This document shows, one piece after another, positions 43,475 to 54,257 of a stretch of DNA of 56,026 bases. Position numbers and translations under genes: made by a program. The stretch comes from a virus (taxonomy: Duplodnaviria > Caudoviricetes). Numbering within the stretch: the first letter of the stretch is position 1; every line of letters begins with the position of its first letter. Location of the stretch: positions 1 to 56,026 of the IMG/VR virus record IMGVR_UViG_3300025128_000046. One strand, 5' to 3'. The notes under the pieces were generated by a model. The model saw nothing but the letters and a program-made list of their open reading frames with translations, had not been told where the DNA came from and made no database searches.

Positions 43475-46400
43475 TACTTATTTCCTTTTAAAAATTTTGT
43501 TATTGCATTTCTATATGCTTCTTCAGGGAGTTCACCTATATGATGTCCTTCTTTATACAAATCAAACATAGCTTTTTTATTACCTTTAATAATTTTTTTA
43601 AGATATTTATCTCCTATACCCTTTTTTCCCCCTACTTCTTTATCTAAAATATCTCCATAAAAAAGAAGGTCTTGTTGTTTAGGAGTTAATTTAAAAATAT
43701 CTTTATGTTCTCTTGCTCGTGCCATCCAATCTTTTTCACCAATATATTTTTTCAATCTATTTAATGCTGGTACTATTGAACCCTCAACAAATTGATAAGC
43801 ACCTTTTGCTGTTGTTGCTTCTTCATCTCCAACAGGTTGATTAACCGCTGTATAACCACCAAAACCTCCACTCTCTGTATCTCTAGTTCTTTTAGCAAAC
43901 TCAGCTAAATTTTTTCTAGCTTCAGTGCGGTCTTCTTGTGTAGAATCTTTTTCCATTAGTCTATCTAAATGTTCGCCTATTAAATAATCTAAGTCAGAAT
44001 CATCTGAAGAAACTAATTTATTATTATCTTCAAGTTTAGGTTTTACTTTAGGTAATGGAGCAGTAGGTATCTGTCCCTGTTCCAGTGCAATCTTTAATTG
44101 CTCTTCTTCACCTACATTTAATGGACTAACGCCTAGCAAGTTCTTAAAGAAGTCTCCAATATACCCACCTATATTCATGTTAACAAGACCTTCATCTACC
44201 CTACTATAAAACTCTTGATTAATATTAGCAAGGTCATTAAAGATACTAAGTGGTACACCTTTATCAGTAAGCATCTTAATAAAGTCACGACTTGTATTTA
44301 GTTTATCAGGTAAGAAAACACCACGCCTGTAGTTATCTAATTCTGCATTGGCAAGTGCAATAGCCTCTACATCTTTACCTCTCTCATAATACCCATCATC
44401 AGTTGCAGCCATGATAACTTGTTCAAGACCAAACTTTCTTCTCTTGCCCTCACTATCTGTATAAGATATATTTTTATATAGACCTATTTTGTCAGCCAAT
44501 TTTTTACTAGCCAATAATTTTTGCCCTTGGTATCTTCTATATATATCAAGTAATTCTTGTTTATTCTCAGGTCTACTATAGTCTTTGACAGGCATAGTAC
44601 GAATAAAGTTTTTAAATTCTTTTTGGCTTTGAGACATGCTACGTATATCTTTAGATAGGGCAAAGCGCATTGAGCGTTTAACATCTATAGTAGATGGACG
44701 AATACCACTGGAAGCCCATACTGCAATGTCATTAGCTCTAAGAGGAAAACCAGAACTGCTTACACCCAATCCATCTTTAGTAGCTTTAGCAGCTTCAGAA
44801 GACTCCATATATTTAATTAAAGGTTCTATAGTACCTGGTACAATACTTTCAGCTAACTCAAGAATACCTCTCTTAACATTCTCTGTTGACAATCCTTCAT
44901 CACCTGGCATATTAGAATAGATACGCCTACCTGTTTCTAAATCTACACCAGTAACTACATTTAATAAGGCTTCATGCAAGAACTTCATATTAGTGTAAGG
45001 ACCAAGAATAGAGTTTGTCATACCTTTAAAAGCATCACTTATCTCAGTATCTGTTACATTTTCACCTGCTAATATTTTTGCAGTCATTAATCTCAGAGGT
45101 ACTTTAAGATAGTCTTGAGCATCAAAGTTAGCAGACCTAACATTTCTTGTTATAATTCTTCCTTGGTCATCTTCAACCAAACCATCCAAGAAATATGGAT
45201 TACCACCCTTACCCCAATCAGGAGCAAAAGCTTCAATACCTCTTTGAGTATCTTTATCGACACCAAGAACCTCATTATTAGTTCTAACATAAGCATCAAT
45301 ACCAGCACCCATTGCACCAAGACCAGCTAACTTACGCATACCGTGAATAGCTTGTGCTTTATTACCAGTTGATATTCCTTGATAAGTATCTTTAACAGCA
45401 AGAGAGACAATATTCTTTGTTGTTCTTAACATCTCAGAAGGAAATAAAGCATATGTACCAATAGGCATTCTACCTAGATATCTAGCTGCTGGTGACGCAA
45501 CACCATATGTAGGCATTGTGTTTATAACTCTATCAGATGCCATATCAAATATCTCATCTGCAGTTTTTTTAGGGAATATTTTTTTAAGTGCTGCAGTTTC
45601 AGCTTCATGAGCTATGAGTTTAGCATAGGTATCAGGAGAACCATACCAACGTGATGCTGCTTCCATTCCTTTTTTATATCCACGTATTACAAAGGGACCA
45701 GTTTTATCTCCATCATTTAAATTAATATTTCTAATAATCATTTCTGATGTAAGGTCACTATCAATAACACCATCTCTTTTTAACCTAGCAACTTTTTCCA
45801 TTACTTCAGGGTCTTCACTTCTAACACCCTTTCTCATTGCTCTAAGAGACTTTCTCATTGCTCCCCATGCCGCAGGATTTAATAAATATCCTGATGCTAT
45901 TAAGTTTTGTACAGCACCATAAGCGTTAATAGCATAGGCAGGTAAGTCTAAAACAGTTTGCGTAGATTGTCCAAAGGCTGCTGCTTGCTGTATACCTCTC
46001 CATATAGCACTACCACCTCCTTGTGGAAATATATTATCAACACCATCTTCAATAAGTTTTGACATCTCAGGGCTAACCCAAATATCTTTTAAAACATTAT
46101 CAGAATCTTTTGTTAGTGTTTTATATTGAGTATCACTTAATATTTTTTTATAAAATTCTCTTAGATTAACACCTTTTGGAAATGCTGTCCTTTGTATTCT
46201 TGCTGTATGTGTAGGTATAGCATTAACTAATCCACCTAATTCTAAATTAACATCTGAGTTTTTTGCAAGAATAGTTTCAAAAAATTTATTTACATCACTA
46301 AGATATTCTACTTCTCCAAGTATTTTGTTTTGTTTGGTAAGGGTCTTGGTTAACTTTTCAAATGGGTCTGTTACCTCACCTAATAAATTAAGAATAGAAT

Positions 46401-48498
46401 CATCTAGTTCTTTCCTCTTTCCTATTTTTGCACTATTAGTTTTTACAGCATCTCCAAATATTTCTTTTATAAGTAAAGAAGGTTCATCAAAAATAGTCGT
46501 ATCATCTTTTGATAATCTTTGCACAAGAGTATGAATATGAGAATCTAGTTCTTCTGAAGACATATTTTTAAAAGCATCTTGTTTAGTTATAAAACTTCTA
46601 AAGTCATCTACTTTTGTAATAAAGTCTGCTTTAGCAACACCTCTATCACTAAGAGCTTTTTCTATTTCTTTTAAATACTTTGGATTATGTGATGCTTCAA
46701 AAGTTCTAAAATAATATCCACCATCTTCATTAAAAGCTACACCTATTTTATTTTCTTTTCTACGTAAATCTTTAAATACTTTATCAAGTTGACCTATATC
46801 TAATCCTGTTACGCCTCTAAATCTAGGGTCTTCTAAACGATTTCTAGCTTCTTCTAGTAATTCATCATCTGTTTTTTTACCAAGATTAGTATTAATAGCT
46901 TCTTGATTTTCAAAAATAGATTTTTTAATTTCTTGTAGTTTAGTTAAAGTTTCAGTTTTACCTGACTCAGTACGTAATAAAGAGTCATCATTTTCATTTA
47001 TAAATTTAGTAATAGCATTTATAGAAATATTTTCTTTTTGTTGTATATCTTTTAAACTTTTTATAGCAGCTTCTATTTTAACATCAGCAGCCCGTACAAC
47101 ATTACTTCTACGTCTAGCAGACCTAGCAAGAAAAGAAGGTAATGCAGCAGTAGATGTAATAGCTCTACCAAGTTGGGTATTTATTTTACCAAGTCTTTTA
47201 GCACCAGTTTCTCCTAAAACTTCAGTTATCTTTCTTCTTAGTGTTTGTGCAACGCGACCACCTGGCGTAACACGTTCAAGAATTTGTTCACTATCTATAT
47301 TTATATTATTACGAGAAGAAGGTGGAATAATTTCTTTTACATTTTTAAACTGTATTACTTCAATATCTCCAGTTTCATACAAAGCATTTAACTTAGCTCT
47401 TGGCATTGTTTCTCTAATACTTAAATGAGGTGAATCTTTAGGACTATATTGAATATCAACTAAATCTTCAGCACCTTCTTTACTTTTACCTAAAGCTTTA
47501 GCCATACCAAGTTTACCACCTACATAGTTAGGTAAACTACCTAAAGCAAAACCAGTAACACCACCAAGTCCTGCCATTAATGCTAGACGTTTTAAATCAT
47601 AGCCCTCATCTTTTATTTCTTGTAATTTTTGTTCAGCTTCTTCAAGAGATATACCATACTGTTCAGCAATAGTTTCTGGAGTTTGTGCGTTAATCTCCAT
47701 CTCTTGCATTGCTATATCTGTAGCACTCATATATGCAGCACCTGTAGGTACAGCAGGTATAGCTTTATATCCCATTGTTTTAGCTGCAGCCCTATTTCTA
47801 GCAGTCTTTAAAGTCTCTGCCAATATATCTTTAGAGCCTTTAGTTTTTAAGACCTCTTCAATAGTCTCTTTACTTACCTTACCTTTTAATTCTTTTCTAA
47901 GATTTTCTTTGAAAGAAACTTTAGCAGCTACAGCAGCCGCTCTTCCACCTAGTTTAGTAGCAATACTCCCTCCAAGAGAAGGTATTGATGCAATAATAGA
48001 AGCAATAGTTGTTGGGTCTAATGCAAGATTTTTTACTGCTCTAAAAAAATCACCTGCATCACCATCTGCTTGGTCATATAAATCCATAGATTCAAGCCAA
48101 GCTTTTTTTACTTCATCACTTTTGTCTCCAACACTAAAACCTGTCTGAATCAAATTAACCATATTATAGTCATATTTAGAGTGCCTATTCTTAAACCATT
48201 CTGAAATATTATCATAGCCAGCTTCATCAGGGTCAAATGTTTTACCTGTCTCATCTTCATAGATTTTCTTGGCAGAATCAAGCCATACTTCATTCTTATC
48301 TAACGAGTCTGTCGTTAGAGTTTCATCTACTTTAACTTCTGTAGGTTCTTTAGTTGAACTTCCATATATTTCTTCAACAGGATTGCCTACTTCTAAAGTT
48401 GATTTTTTTGAACTATTTAAAGAAGAATTATTTTCAGTATTTTGATATACTTCTTCAAAAGGATTACCTACTTCAGGTATGCCTACATTAGTTACCAT
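43474..48498 (-). CDS. Large internal virion/ejection protein with C-terminal lysozyme-like domain
   Basis: 1674 aa, mostly helical; C-terminal TESGG..YTAVN...TAKGAYQF resembles lytic transglycosylase motifs; last and largest gene of the tail module. Confidence 0.7.
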   Translation of the reverse strand: MVTNVGIPEVGNPFEEVYQNTENNSSLNSSKKSTLEVGNPVEEIYGSSTKEPTEVKVDETLTTDSLDKNEVWLDSAKKIYEDETGKTFDPDEAGYDNISEWFKNRHSKYDYNMVNLIQTGFSVGDKSDEVKKAWLESMDLYDQADGDAGDFFRAVKNLALDPTTIASIIASIPSLGGSIATKLGGRAAAVAAKVSFKENLRKELKGKVSKETIEEVLKTKGSKDILAETLKTARNRAAAKTMGYKAIPAVPTGAAYMSATDIAMQEMEINAQTPETIAEQYGISLEEAEQKLQEIKDEGYDLKRLALMAGLGGVTGFALGSLPNYVGGKLGMAKALGKSKEGAEDLVDIQYSPKDSPHLSIRETMPRAKLNALYETGDIEVIQFKNVKEIIPPSSRNNINIDSEQILERVTPGGRVAQTLRRKITEVLGETGAKRLGKINTQLGRAITSTAALPSFLARSARRRSNVVRAADVKIEAAIKSLKDIQQKENISINAITKFINENDDSLLRTESGKTETLTKLQEIKKSIFENQEAINTNLGKKTDDELLEEARNRLEDPRFRGVTGLDIGQLDKVFKDLRRKENKIGVAFNEDGGYYFRTFEASHNPKYLKEIEKALSDRGVAKADFITKVDDFRSFITKQDAFKNMSSEELDSHIHTLVQRLSKDDTTIFDEPSLLIKEIFGDAVKTNSAKIGKRKELDDSILNLLGEVTDPFEKLTKTLTKQNKILGEVEYLSDVNKFFETILAKNSDVNLELGGLVNAIPTHTARIQRTAFPKGVNLREFYKKILSDTQYKTLTKDSDNVLKDIWVSPEMSKLIEDGVDNIFPQGGGSAIWRGIQQAAAFGQSTQTVLDLPAYAINAYGAVQNLIASGYLLNPAAWGAMRKSLRAMRKGVRSEDPEVMEKVARLKRDGVIDSDLTSEMIIRNINLNDGDKTGPFVIRGYKKGMEAASRWYGSPDTYAKLIAHEAETAALKKIFPKKTADEIFDMASDRVINTMPTYGVASPAARYLGRMPIGTYALFPSEMLRTTKNIVSLAVKDTYQGISTGNKAQAIHGMRKLAGLGAMGAGIDAYVRTNNEVLGVDKDTQRGIEAFAPDWGKGGNPYFLDGLVEDDQGRIITRNVRSANFDAQDYLKVPLRLMTAKILAGENVTDTEISDAFKGMTNSILGPYTNMKFLHEALLNVVTGVDLETGRRIYSNMPGDEGLSTENVKRGILELAESIVPGTIEPLIKYMESSEAAKATKDGLGVSSSGFPLRANDIAVWASSGIRPSTIDVKRSMRFALSKDIRSMSQSQKEFKNFIRTMPVKDYSRPENKQELLDIYRRYQGQKLLASKKLADKIGLYKNISYTDSEGKRRKFGLEQVIMAATDDGYYERGKDVEAIALANAELDNYRRGVFLPDKLNTSRDFIKMLTDKGVPLSIFNDLANINQEFYSRVDEGLVNMNIGGYIGDFFKNLLGVSPLNVGEEEQLKIALEQGQIPTAPLPKVKPKLEDNNKLVSSDDSDLDYLIGEHLDRLMEKDSTQEDRTEARKNLAEFAKRTRDTESGGFGGYTAVNQPVGDEEATTAKGAYQFVEGSIVPALNRLKKYIGEKDWMARAREHKDIFKLTPKQQDLLFYGDILDKEVGGKKGIGDKYLKKIIKGNKKAMFDLYKEGHHIGELPEEAYRNAITKFLKGNK

Positions 48499-48516
48499 TT
48501 TAATTCCTAATTATTT

Positions 48517-50859
48517 TTATTTTTTTCTAGCCAAGAGACTAGCTTGATATTGCATAAAAGCATTAGCTGCCGCTGCTCCTGTTTGCCCACGATATTCTTT
48601 AGTACCATTTAAAATATCACCAGCATCAGTCATTACTTTTGATTTAAATTGTAAGTCTTTTTTACCCATAGGTGAACCATCTATACCAAATACAGGTTTA
48701 ACACTTGAAAAAGCATTTACAAACATAGTATCTAAATTTTTAAAGTCACTTGTTTCAGGACTATCAGGTATACCTGCTTTTATTTTTGCTGCTTCTGCTC
48801 TTATAACCGCTGCTTCTGCAGTTTTAAAAGTAGCTCCTGCTTTCATAAGGTCTAGCATTGCTTTTTGTTCAGCCGCAGTTTTCCCAGCTAAAAGTTTTTT
48901 CTGTTTTGTAGTAATGCCAAGAACTTTTAAATCACTAGCAAGTTTAGTTTTATCAAGTTCATTTTCAGTATCTACTCTATTTGTATCTAGTTCATTTAGT
49001 AGTTTATCTTTTTCTTTTCTATCTACATCTAACTCATTAACAGCTATTCGTAATCCATCTGCAAGATTAGCAAAGGCATTACCTTTTTTCATAATGTTTG
49101 CACCAACTGTAAACCAAAACTTTTGTAATTTATATGGATTATCGCCAATACGTTTTTCAATTTTATCAAAAAGACTTTGATTTCTTTTTCGTGCTTTATC
49201 TACAACAGCTTTAGAAAGCGCACCTGATTTTACAGCTTGTTCGCCAAGTGCTTTTGCTTTACCCTCAATATTTTCTCTTGCTCCTTTGGCTACATCTTTT
49301 TGAGTTAAACCTCCAATAGTACTTTCTTTTTTAGTAGTAGTCTCAGCAGGTATTGGAGTACGGTCAATTTTTAAATTTTCCAATATTCTCTTAGTATTAG
49401 CTGTATCATCACCACCTTCAGAACCATATAATTCTATAGATTTTCTTTTTTCAGCATCAGTTGGTAACATTCCTTGCAAAGCATCAAGTTCTTTTTTTCT
49501 AATTTTTTTACTTTCTTCTAACATAGGTCTAGCTGGATTTAACTGCGCTGCTCTAATTGCTTTTTTTCTTTGAAGGTCAGATAAACCTTTACTGGATGCA
49601 AATCCTTCATCTCCATATGCTTCAACCATAGGGTCTTTTCTAAGGGGTGCAAGTCTTCCTAGACCTCCTCTTTCTGCTTCTCTTATTCTTTTTCTATAGT
49701 CTATAAATTCTCCTTCTTGTTTTCCTTTTTCTGGTATTGGTCCTAACTCTATATCTTTATAAGTATCTTGTGGAAGATTTGGAATTACACTACCAGTTTG
49801 CCTATATACTACAGGTGGTACAATTTGTCCACCCATATTTCTACGCATGTAGTTTACATAGGGACGAGCTTGCATGGTTGCAGTAAGTCCTTCAGTTACT
49901 CTACCACCACCTGCTTTTCCAAACATATTTCCAAATAAAGTTCCACCAATAGTATTTCCTCCACCAGTTCCAAAACCTAATGCAGTTGTACCAAGTCCTA
50001 ATAAAGTTTTACCAAGGCCAGGTCCACCACCTGCTTGTGTTCCAGTAACTGTACCACTTTTTTGCTTTAATAATGGATTACCATATATAGCTGATTGATA
50101 ACGAGCAAGTTGTGTTTCAGGAAATTGTTGTTGTTCAATGTATCTAGCATATGCTTCATCCAATGCAGATTGTCCTAACTTACGTTTATCCTCTCCAATA
50201 GTTTGTAATAAACCTTGCTCTGCTACACCAGATTTAAATATCTGAGGTGCAGCCGTAGAGATTTGTGAAGCCGCTTGACGCTCTCTAGCTTGTTGATTTT
50301 CAAATTGTTGCTGTGCTGCTTCAAAAGCTTTTTGTTGTCCTTTAGCTTCAATATCAGCCAGTAATCTTTGTTGTCCTGTAGCTCTCTCAGCAGCTTCTAC
50401 AGCAGCCCTTGTTCCAAGACCAGACATACCACCTGCTCTAACAGCTTCTGCTTCAAATTGAGGAACCTTATTTCTTTCATATTGCCTTTGTGCTTCAGCT
50501 TTCTGTGCATCAAGAGAAGCTCTAAGATAAGGTGACATATATTTTTTTGCAGTATCAGCAGTAAATTCTTCAGTAGCACCTCTAGCAAGATTAAGAGCTT
50601 CTTGTTGTAATGGGGCTTGAGTACCAACAAGAGACTTCAATCCTTCTTGAGCAGCTATTTGTTCAGGCGTAAGAGGAGCAATAGTCTCACCTGTATAAGG
50701 ATTATAACCTTCATCCATCCTTTGTTGATAAAGAATTTTCTGGTCTTCTAAAATTTCTTTAACATAAGGCTTTAATTCTTCTGGAATTGTTGGCCTATAT
50801 GTTGTTGTTGAAGTTGTTGGTTTATCTCCAAAACTAAACAGTGATGATAAAATACTCAT
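48517..50859 (-). CDS. Internal virion / DNA ejection protein
   Basis: 780 aa; YMSPY, Q/A-rich helices, Gly-rich hydrophobic LLGLGTTALGFG segment. Confidence 0.7.
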   Translation of the reverse strand: MSILSSLFSFGDKPTTSTTTYRPTIPEELKPYVKEILEDQKILYQQRMDEGYNPYTGETIAPLTPEQIAAQEGLKSLVGTQAPLQQEALNLARGATEEFTADTAKKYMSPYLRASLDAQKAEAQRQYERNKVPQFEAEAVRAGGMSGLGTRAAVEAAERATGQQRLLADIEAKGQQKAFEAAQQQFENQQARERQAASQISTAAPQIFKSGVAEQGLLQTIGEDKRKLGQSALDEAYARYIEQQQFPETQLARYQSAIYGNPLLKQKSGTVTGTQAGGGPGLGKTLLGLGTTALGFGTGGGNTIGGTLFGNMFGKAGGGRVTEGLTATMQARPYVNYMRRNMGGQIVPPVVYRQTGSVIPNLPQDTYKDIELGPIPEKGKQEGEFIDYRKRIREAERGGLGRLAPLRKDPMVEAYGDEGFASSKGLSDLQRKKAIRAAQLNPARPMLEESKKIRKKELDALQGMLPTDAEKRKSIELYGSEGGDDTANTKRILENLKIDRTPIPAETTTKKESTIGGLTQKDVAKGARENIEGKAKALGEQAVKSGALSKAVVDKARKRNQSLFDKIEKRIGDNPYKLQKFWFTVGANIMKKGNAFANLADGLRIAVNELDVDRKEKDKLLNELDTNRVDTENELDKTKLASDLKVLGITTKQKKLLAGKTAAEQKAMLDLMKAGATFKTAEAAVIRAEAAKIKAGIPDSPETSDFKNLDTMFVNAFSSVKPVFGIDGSPMGKKDLQFKSKVMTDAGDILNGTKEYRGQTGAAAANAFMQYQASLLARKK

Positions 50860-50861
50860 TA

Positions 50862-51587
50862 TTATACCCTTTCCATCATTGGTCTAAGTGCTGCCAATCC
50901 ATTAATTTGATTCGGTTGTTGGTCTGTACCAAATGCTTTTTCTCGTACACTATCTACTACTTTATCCATAACATCTGCTCCTGCATCTGCGCTACCATTA
51001 CCAAGTGCTGACATGGTATGAGCATCAACTACATATTCATCAGGACTGACAGCTAGTGTACCTATCTGACTTCCTGCTTGTCTTTCTACTATTGGCATAT
51101 ATACATTATCTTGCATACCATGACCTTTACCTTGTACCTGTCCAGAAAATCCATCATCTACTGCAAGTCTCATTAAACCACCACCTTGCGCTGCTTTAAC
51201 TTTGTTTTGCATTGCATTCATTAATTCTGGTGCTGCAGCCATTGATAAACCTTGTGATGGCATATCAGAAGCTGTATTAATCTTTGCTCTTTCAAGCAAG
51301 TCTCCTAAAATTTTAGTTTCTAATGTATCACCATCTGGAAGAGGCGTTTTAAAAACTTTATTAAGATTTTGTTCTGGTAGTACTTGCTGTGGCATAGGTG
51401 GTTGTTGTGGCATTACAGGAGGTTGTTCAGGCATCATAGGAGGTTGTTCAGGCATCATAGGAGGTTGTTCAGGCATTGCAGGAGGCATACCACCACCTTG
51501 AGGTGAAGGTACACCCATAGCTTGTCTTTGCATTGCTATATTTCTCATAGCTGATAAATCTCCAAGAGGACTATTTTGTACTGCCAT
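50862..51587 (-). CDS. Putative internal virion protein
   Basis: 241 aa; P/Q/M-rich N-terminus; G.G.GMQD...SPDEYVV.A...ALGNGS.DAG domain. Confidence 0.7.
   Translation of the reverse strand: MAVQNSPLGDLSAMRNIAMQRQAMGVPSPQGGGMPPAMPEQPPMMPEQPPMMPEQPPVMPQQPPMPQQVLPEQNLNKVFKTPLPDGDTLETKILGDLLERAKINTASDMPSQGLSMAAAPELMNAMQNKVKAAQGGGLMRLAVDDGFSGQVQGKGHGMQDNVYMPIVERQAGSQIGTLAVSPDEYVVDAHTMSALGNGSADAGADVMDKVVDSVREKAFGTDQQPNQINGLAALRPMMERV
51417..51476 (-). repeat. 21-bp coding tandem repeat (MPEQPPM)
   Basis: aggaggttgttcaggcatcat x2 plus a partial copy. Confidence 0.85.
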
Positions 51588-51810
51588 TATTCATTCTTCC
51601 ATAGTTCGATTGTATTTGTGTTTGCTCTGCCATAAAGTTAGGGTCTTCAGTAGGTTTTAATTTTTTAAATGTTTCCATCTTCTGTGTTAATAAATATCTA
51701 GTAGGGTCAATAACATTACCTTGATTAAGATTACTAACATAGGTGCTATTATTAATTAAATCATAATATTCTTCTGGTGACATTTTTTTCATTAGTTTAA
51801 ATTCTGCCAA
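51571..51810 (-). CDS. Hypothetical protein
   Basis: 79 aa; overlaps neighbours. Confidence 0.55.
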   Translation of the reverse strand: MAEFKLMKKMSPEEYYDLINNSTYVSNLNQGNVIDPTRYLLTQKMETFKKLKPTEDPNFMAEQTQIQSNYGRMNNGSTK

Positions 51811-52076
51811 GATGTTTCTGCTCCAAGACTAACATATCCTTTATATTTACCGCTACTTGCCGAATATGCTATATCTCCCTTACGTGGTCTTCCTATACTT
51901 GTTACTGTAACTACCGTATAAATATTTGTAGACGGGGCTGCATCAACATCTACATCTCTACTATCTAACTCAGATACTAATAATGCTGACCAACTCTCTA
52001 TTGTATTGTACAACTCTCTTAATTCATCAGTACTTATACCATTAAAGTTTGTTGGAAATGTTGGGTATCTTGCCAT
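51792..52076 (-). CDS. Small tail-associated protein
   Basis: 94 aa immediately after the tail tube gene; GDIAYS..GKYKGY..W. Confidence 0.65.
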   Translation of the reverse strand: MARYPTFPTNFNGISTDELRELYNTIESWSALLVSELDSRDVDVDAAPSTNIYTVVTVTSIGRPRKGDIAYSASSGKYKGYVSLGAETSWQNLN

Positions 52077-54247
52077 TATCTTTCCCCATCAGGCTGAAAC
52101 CCAATTCTAACTGCTCCCCATTGCCAACTTGCATTCTGTGAACTACAAGATACCCTAATCTTTGCTTGCCTTCCTCTTGCTCTAAAATTAACTTTATCTG
52201 TTAGCTGTGTTACATCAAAATCTTTTGTAATTTTTTCACTACTTTCAGGATATTTTTGAGTTATAATTTTAACTCGTAATTTACCTGTACTTAAATCAAA
52301 GTCAGGTATTAATTTATTCATATATAATATTTGATTACCATCATCTACATCAAAGTTAGCAGATTCTATATAGGATACAATTGGATTATTATTAGCAGTA
52401 AAATAATCTGGTGGTTCATTATTATATAATCTACTTTCGCTTGAAGAAACACCTGTAGTAATTGTATTACCAAATACTTGTTGGTCTGCATATGTTGTAA
52501 AGATACCTGTACCATAAGTCCAGTAATTATTCTCAGGTGAAAATATTACATAACTATCACAATCTGTAACGCCCGACTCATCTGAAGCATAGAGCCATAT
52601 AATTTCTTTAAACTCTGAATTAATACCTGTAAATACTTTATCTTTATATTTTACATTAAGTCTATCAAATATATATTTTTTAACTGTACAATCCAATGCT
52701 CTTACAGAACCATCATATCTATAAAAATTATCATACCCCATCCAATATGTGATACCATTATAATCTACTGCTGCATGTGGTGCAATCATACCACAGTTTG
52801 TACCAGCCTGTGTAAACTTAAATGTAAATGGCGGTCCTGCAAACTGCATTAACCAAAGAGCATTATCTGTCCATATATTAATAGCAGTTCTTGAACGTAC
52901 ACCCCCTACAATCCTAGTACCATCAGTCAGGACTACCTCACCAGATGTAGAGCTAACTGAAGGAACCCAATTAGTACGGTCATCTTGGTCTGACCAACGT
53001 ACCAGCATTGGATTAAATGTACCACTTACAGTAGCAGTAGGAGAATACTCATTGGCTCCCAAGGCTATTAGGTGTCTATCGTTAGGTGATACAACAATTG
53101 AGTTGACACTAATAGGAGAAGTTGTTATAGATGTAGCTCTAACAGGTACAGTAGAAGCATCACTTTCAAAATAATATATATTACTTCCATTTCTATTTGC
53201 TACAACATCATCGCCCCAATTGTCAAGACTCCATTGTGTTATATCAAAAACAATATCAGTAGCATCTGCACTTGCTGCTTCATTCCATGCTCTTTGTGTG
53301 GCTGCTGCTCCTCCAGCTTCTTGTGGATAAATACGAGCAGTCATATTAATATTAGATGTAACATCTCCTGATGCAGATGCTGCTGTTTCAACATTAAAAA
53401 TAAGTTGCGTACCATTTATAGATACAATAGTAAACTCTGGTCCTCCAACAGCAACACCATTTAAAGAAGATTTTGTTAAAATTAAATTACCACCTACTGT
53501 TGCAGGAACAACAGAATTATTACTTGGTATAAAAAATACAGTATCATTAGCCGCTCCTCCATGTGCTGCTGCACAAGATACTGTTACCAGAGTATTACTT
53601 CCTGTTGCAGTAATTTTACTAATACCAACCGAAGTAGGCTCTGCTGCATTATATTCTGCTGCACCAAAACCTGTACCACCAACGGCTATTGAATTACCTG
53701 TAGGTATTAAATAATTAAATGTAGCTGACCCTGTATCACTTGCTGTAGCATTAGCAGCATCTGTTACAGAAATTGTAAATACAGCGGCACTATCTACTGA
53801 TACAACTTCATAGGTATTACCCTGTAGACTAACATTATTAAATGCTGCTGATGAAGTAAAATAAACATAATCTCCAACAACTCTACCATGTGCAGCATCT
53901 GAGCAACATACTCTAGTGCTACCAGAAGAAGTACCAAAAACATTTGCTAAAGTAACGGCTGTTGTAATTGGTGTTATATCTACAACTCTATCACCATCAT
54001 GTTCATAAAGCCTATCAGGTGTACCAAAGACAGCCCTCTTTTTATTATTTCCGCTTTGGTACGTAATTAAATCTCTAGCACTTCCCTCAAATGCAGTACT
54101 TACTTTAGTTTCATATCCACGCATATTCTCAGGTTTACCTGAACGAAAGCGCACATGGTTTCCATCATACCATTTGCCTTCTTCTTCATATTGAGTAGAC
54201 TCTCTATGAAGACCTTGCTTCAGTTTAATTTTAGATAGCGTAGTCAT
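52076..54247 (-). CDS. Tail tubular B / stabilization (P22 gp10-like) protein
   Basis: 723 aa; EGKWYDG..VRFR.G.PE, WSLDNWG, VRWSDQ, IWTDNAL, RARGRQ. Confidence 0.75.
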   Translation of the reverse strand: MTTLSKIKLKQGLHRESTQYEEEGKWYDGNHVRFRSGKPENMRGYETKVSTAFEGSARDLITYQSGNNKKRAVFGTPDRLYEHDGDRVVDITPITTAVTLANVFGTSSGSTRVCCSDAAHGRVVGDYVYFTSSAAFNNVSLQGNTYEVVSVDSAAVFTISVTDAANATASDTGSATFNYLIPTGNSIAVGGTGFGAAEYNAAEPTSVGISKITATGSNTLVTVSCAAAHGGAANDTVFFIPSNNSVVPATVGGNLILTKSSLNGVAVGGPEFTIVSINGTQLIFNVETAASASGDVTSNINMTARIYPQEAGGAAATQRAWNEAASADATDIVFDITQWSLDNWGDDVVANRNGSNIYYFESDASTVPVRATSITTSPISVNSIVVSPNDRHLIALGANEYSPTATVSGTFNPMLVRWSDQDDRTNWVPSVSSTSGEVVLTDGTRIVGGVRSRTAINIWTDNALWLMQFAGPPFTFKFTQAGTNCGMIAPHAAVDYNGITYWMGYDNFYRYDGSVRALDCTVKKYIFDRLNVKYKDKVFTGINSEFKEIIWLYASDESGVTDCDSYVIFSPENNYWTYGTGIFTTYADQQVFGNTITTGVSSSESRLYNNEPPDYFTANNNPIVSYIESANFDVDDGNQILYMNKLIPDFDLSTGKLRVKIITQKYPESSEKITKDFDVTQLTDKVNFRARGRQAKIRVSCSSQNASWQWGAVRIGFQPDGER

Positions 54248-54257
54248 TAATACTTAC

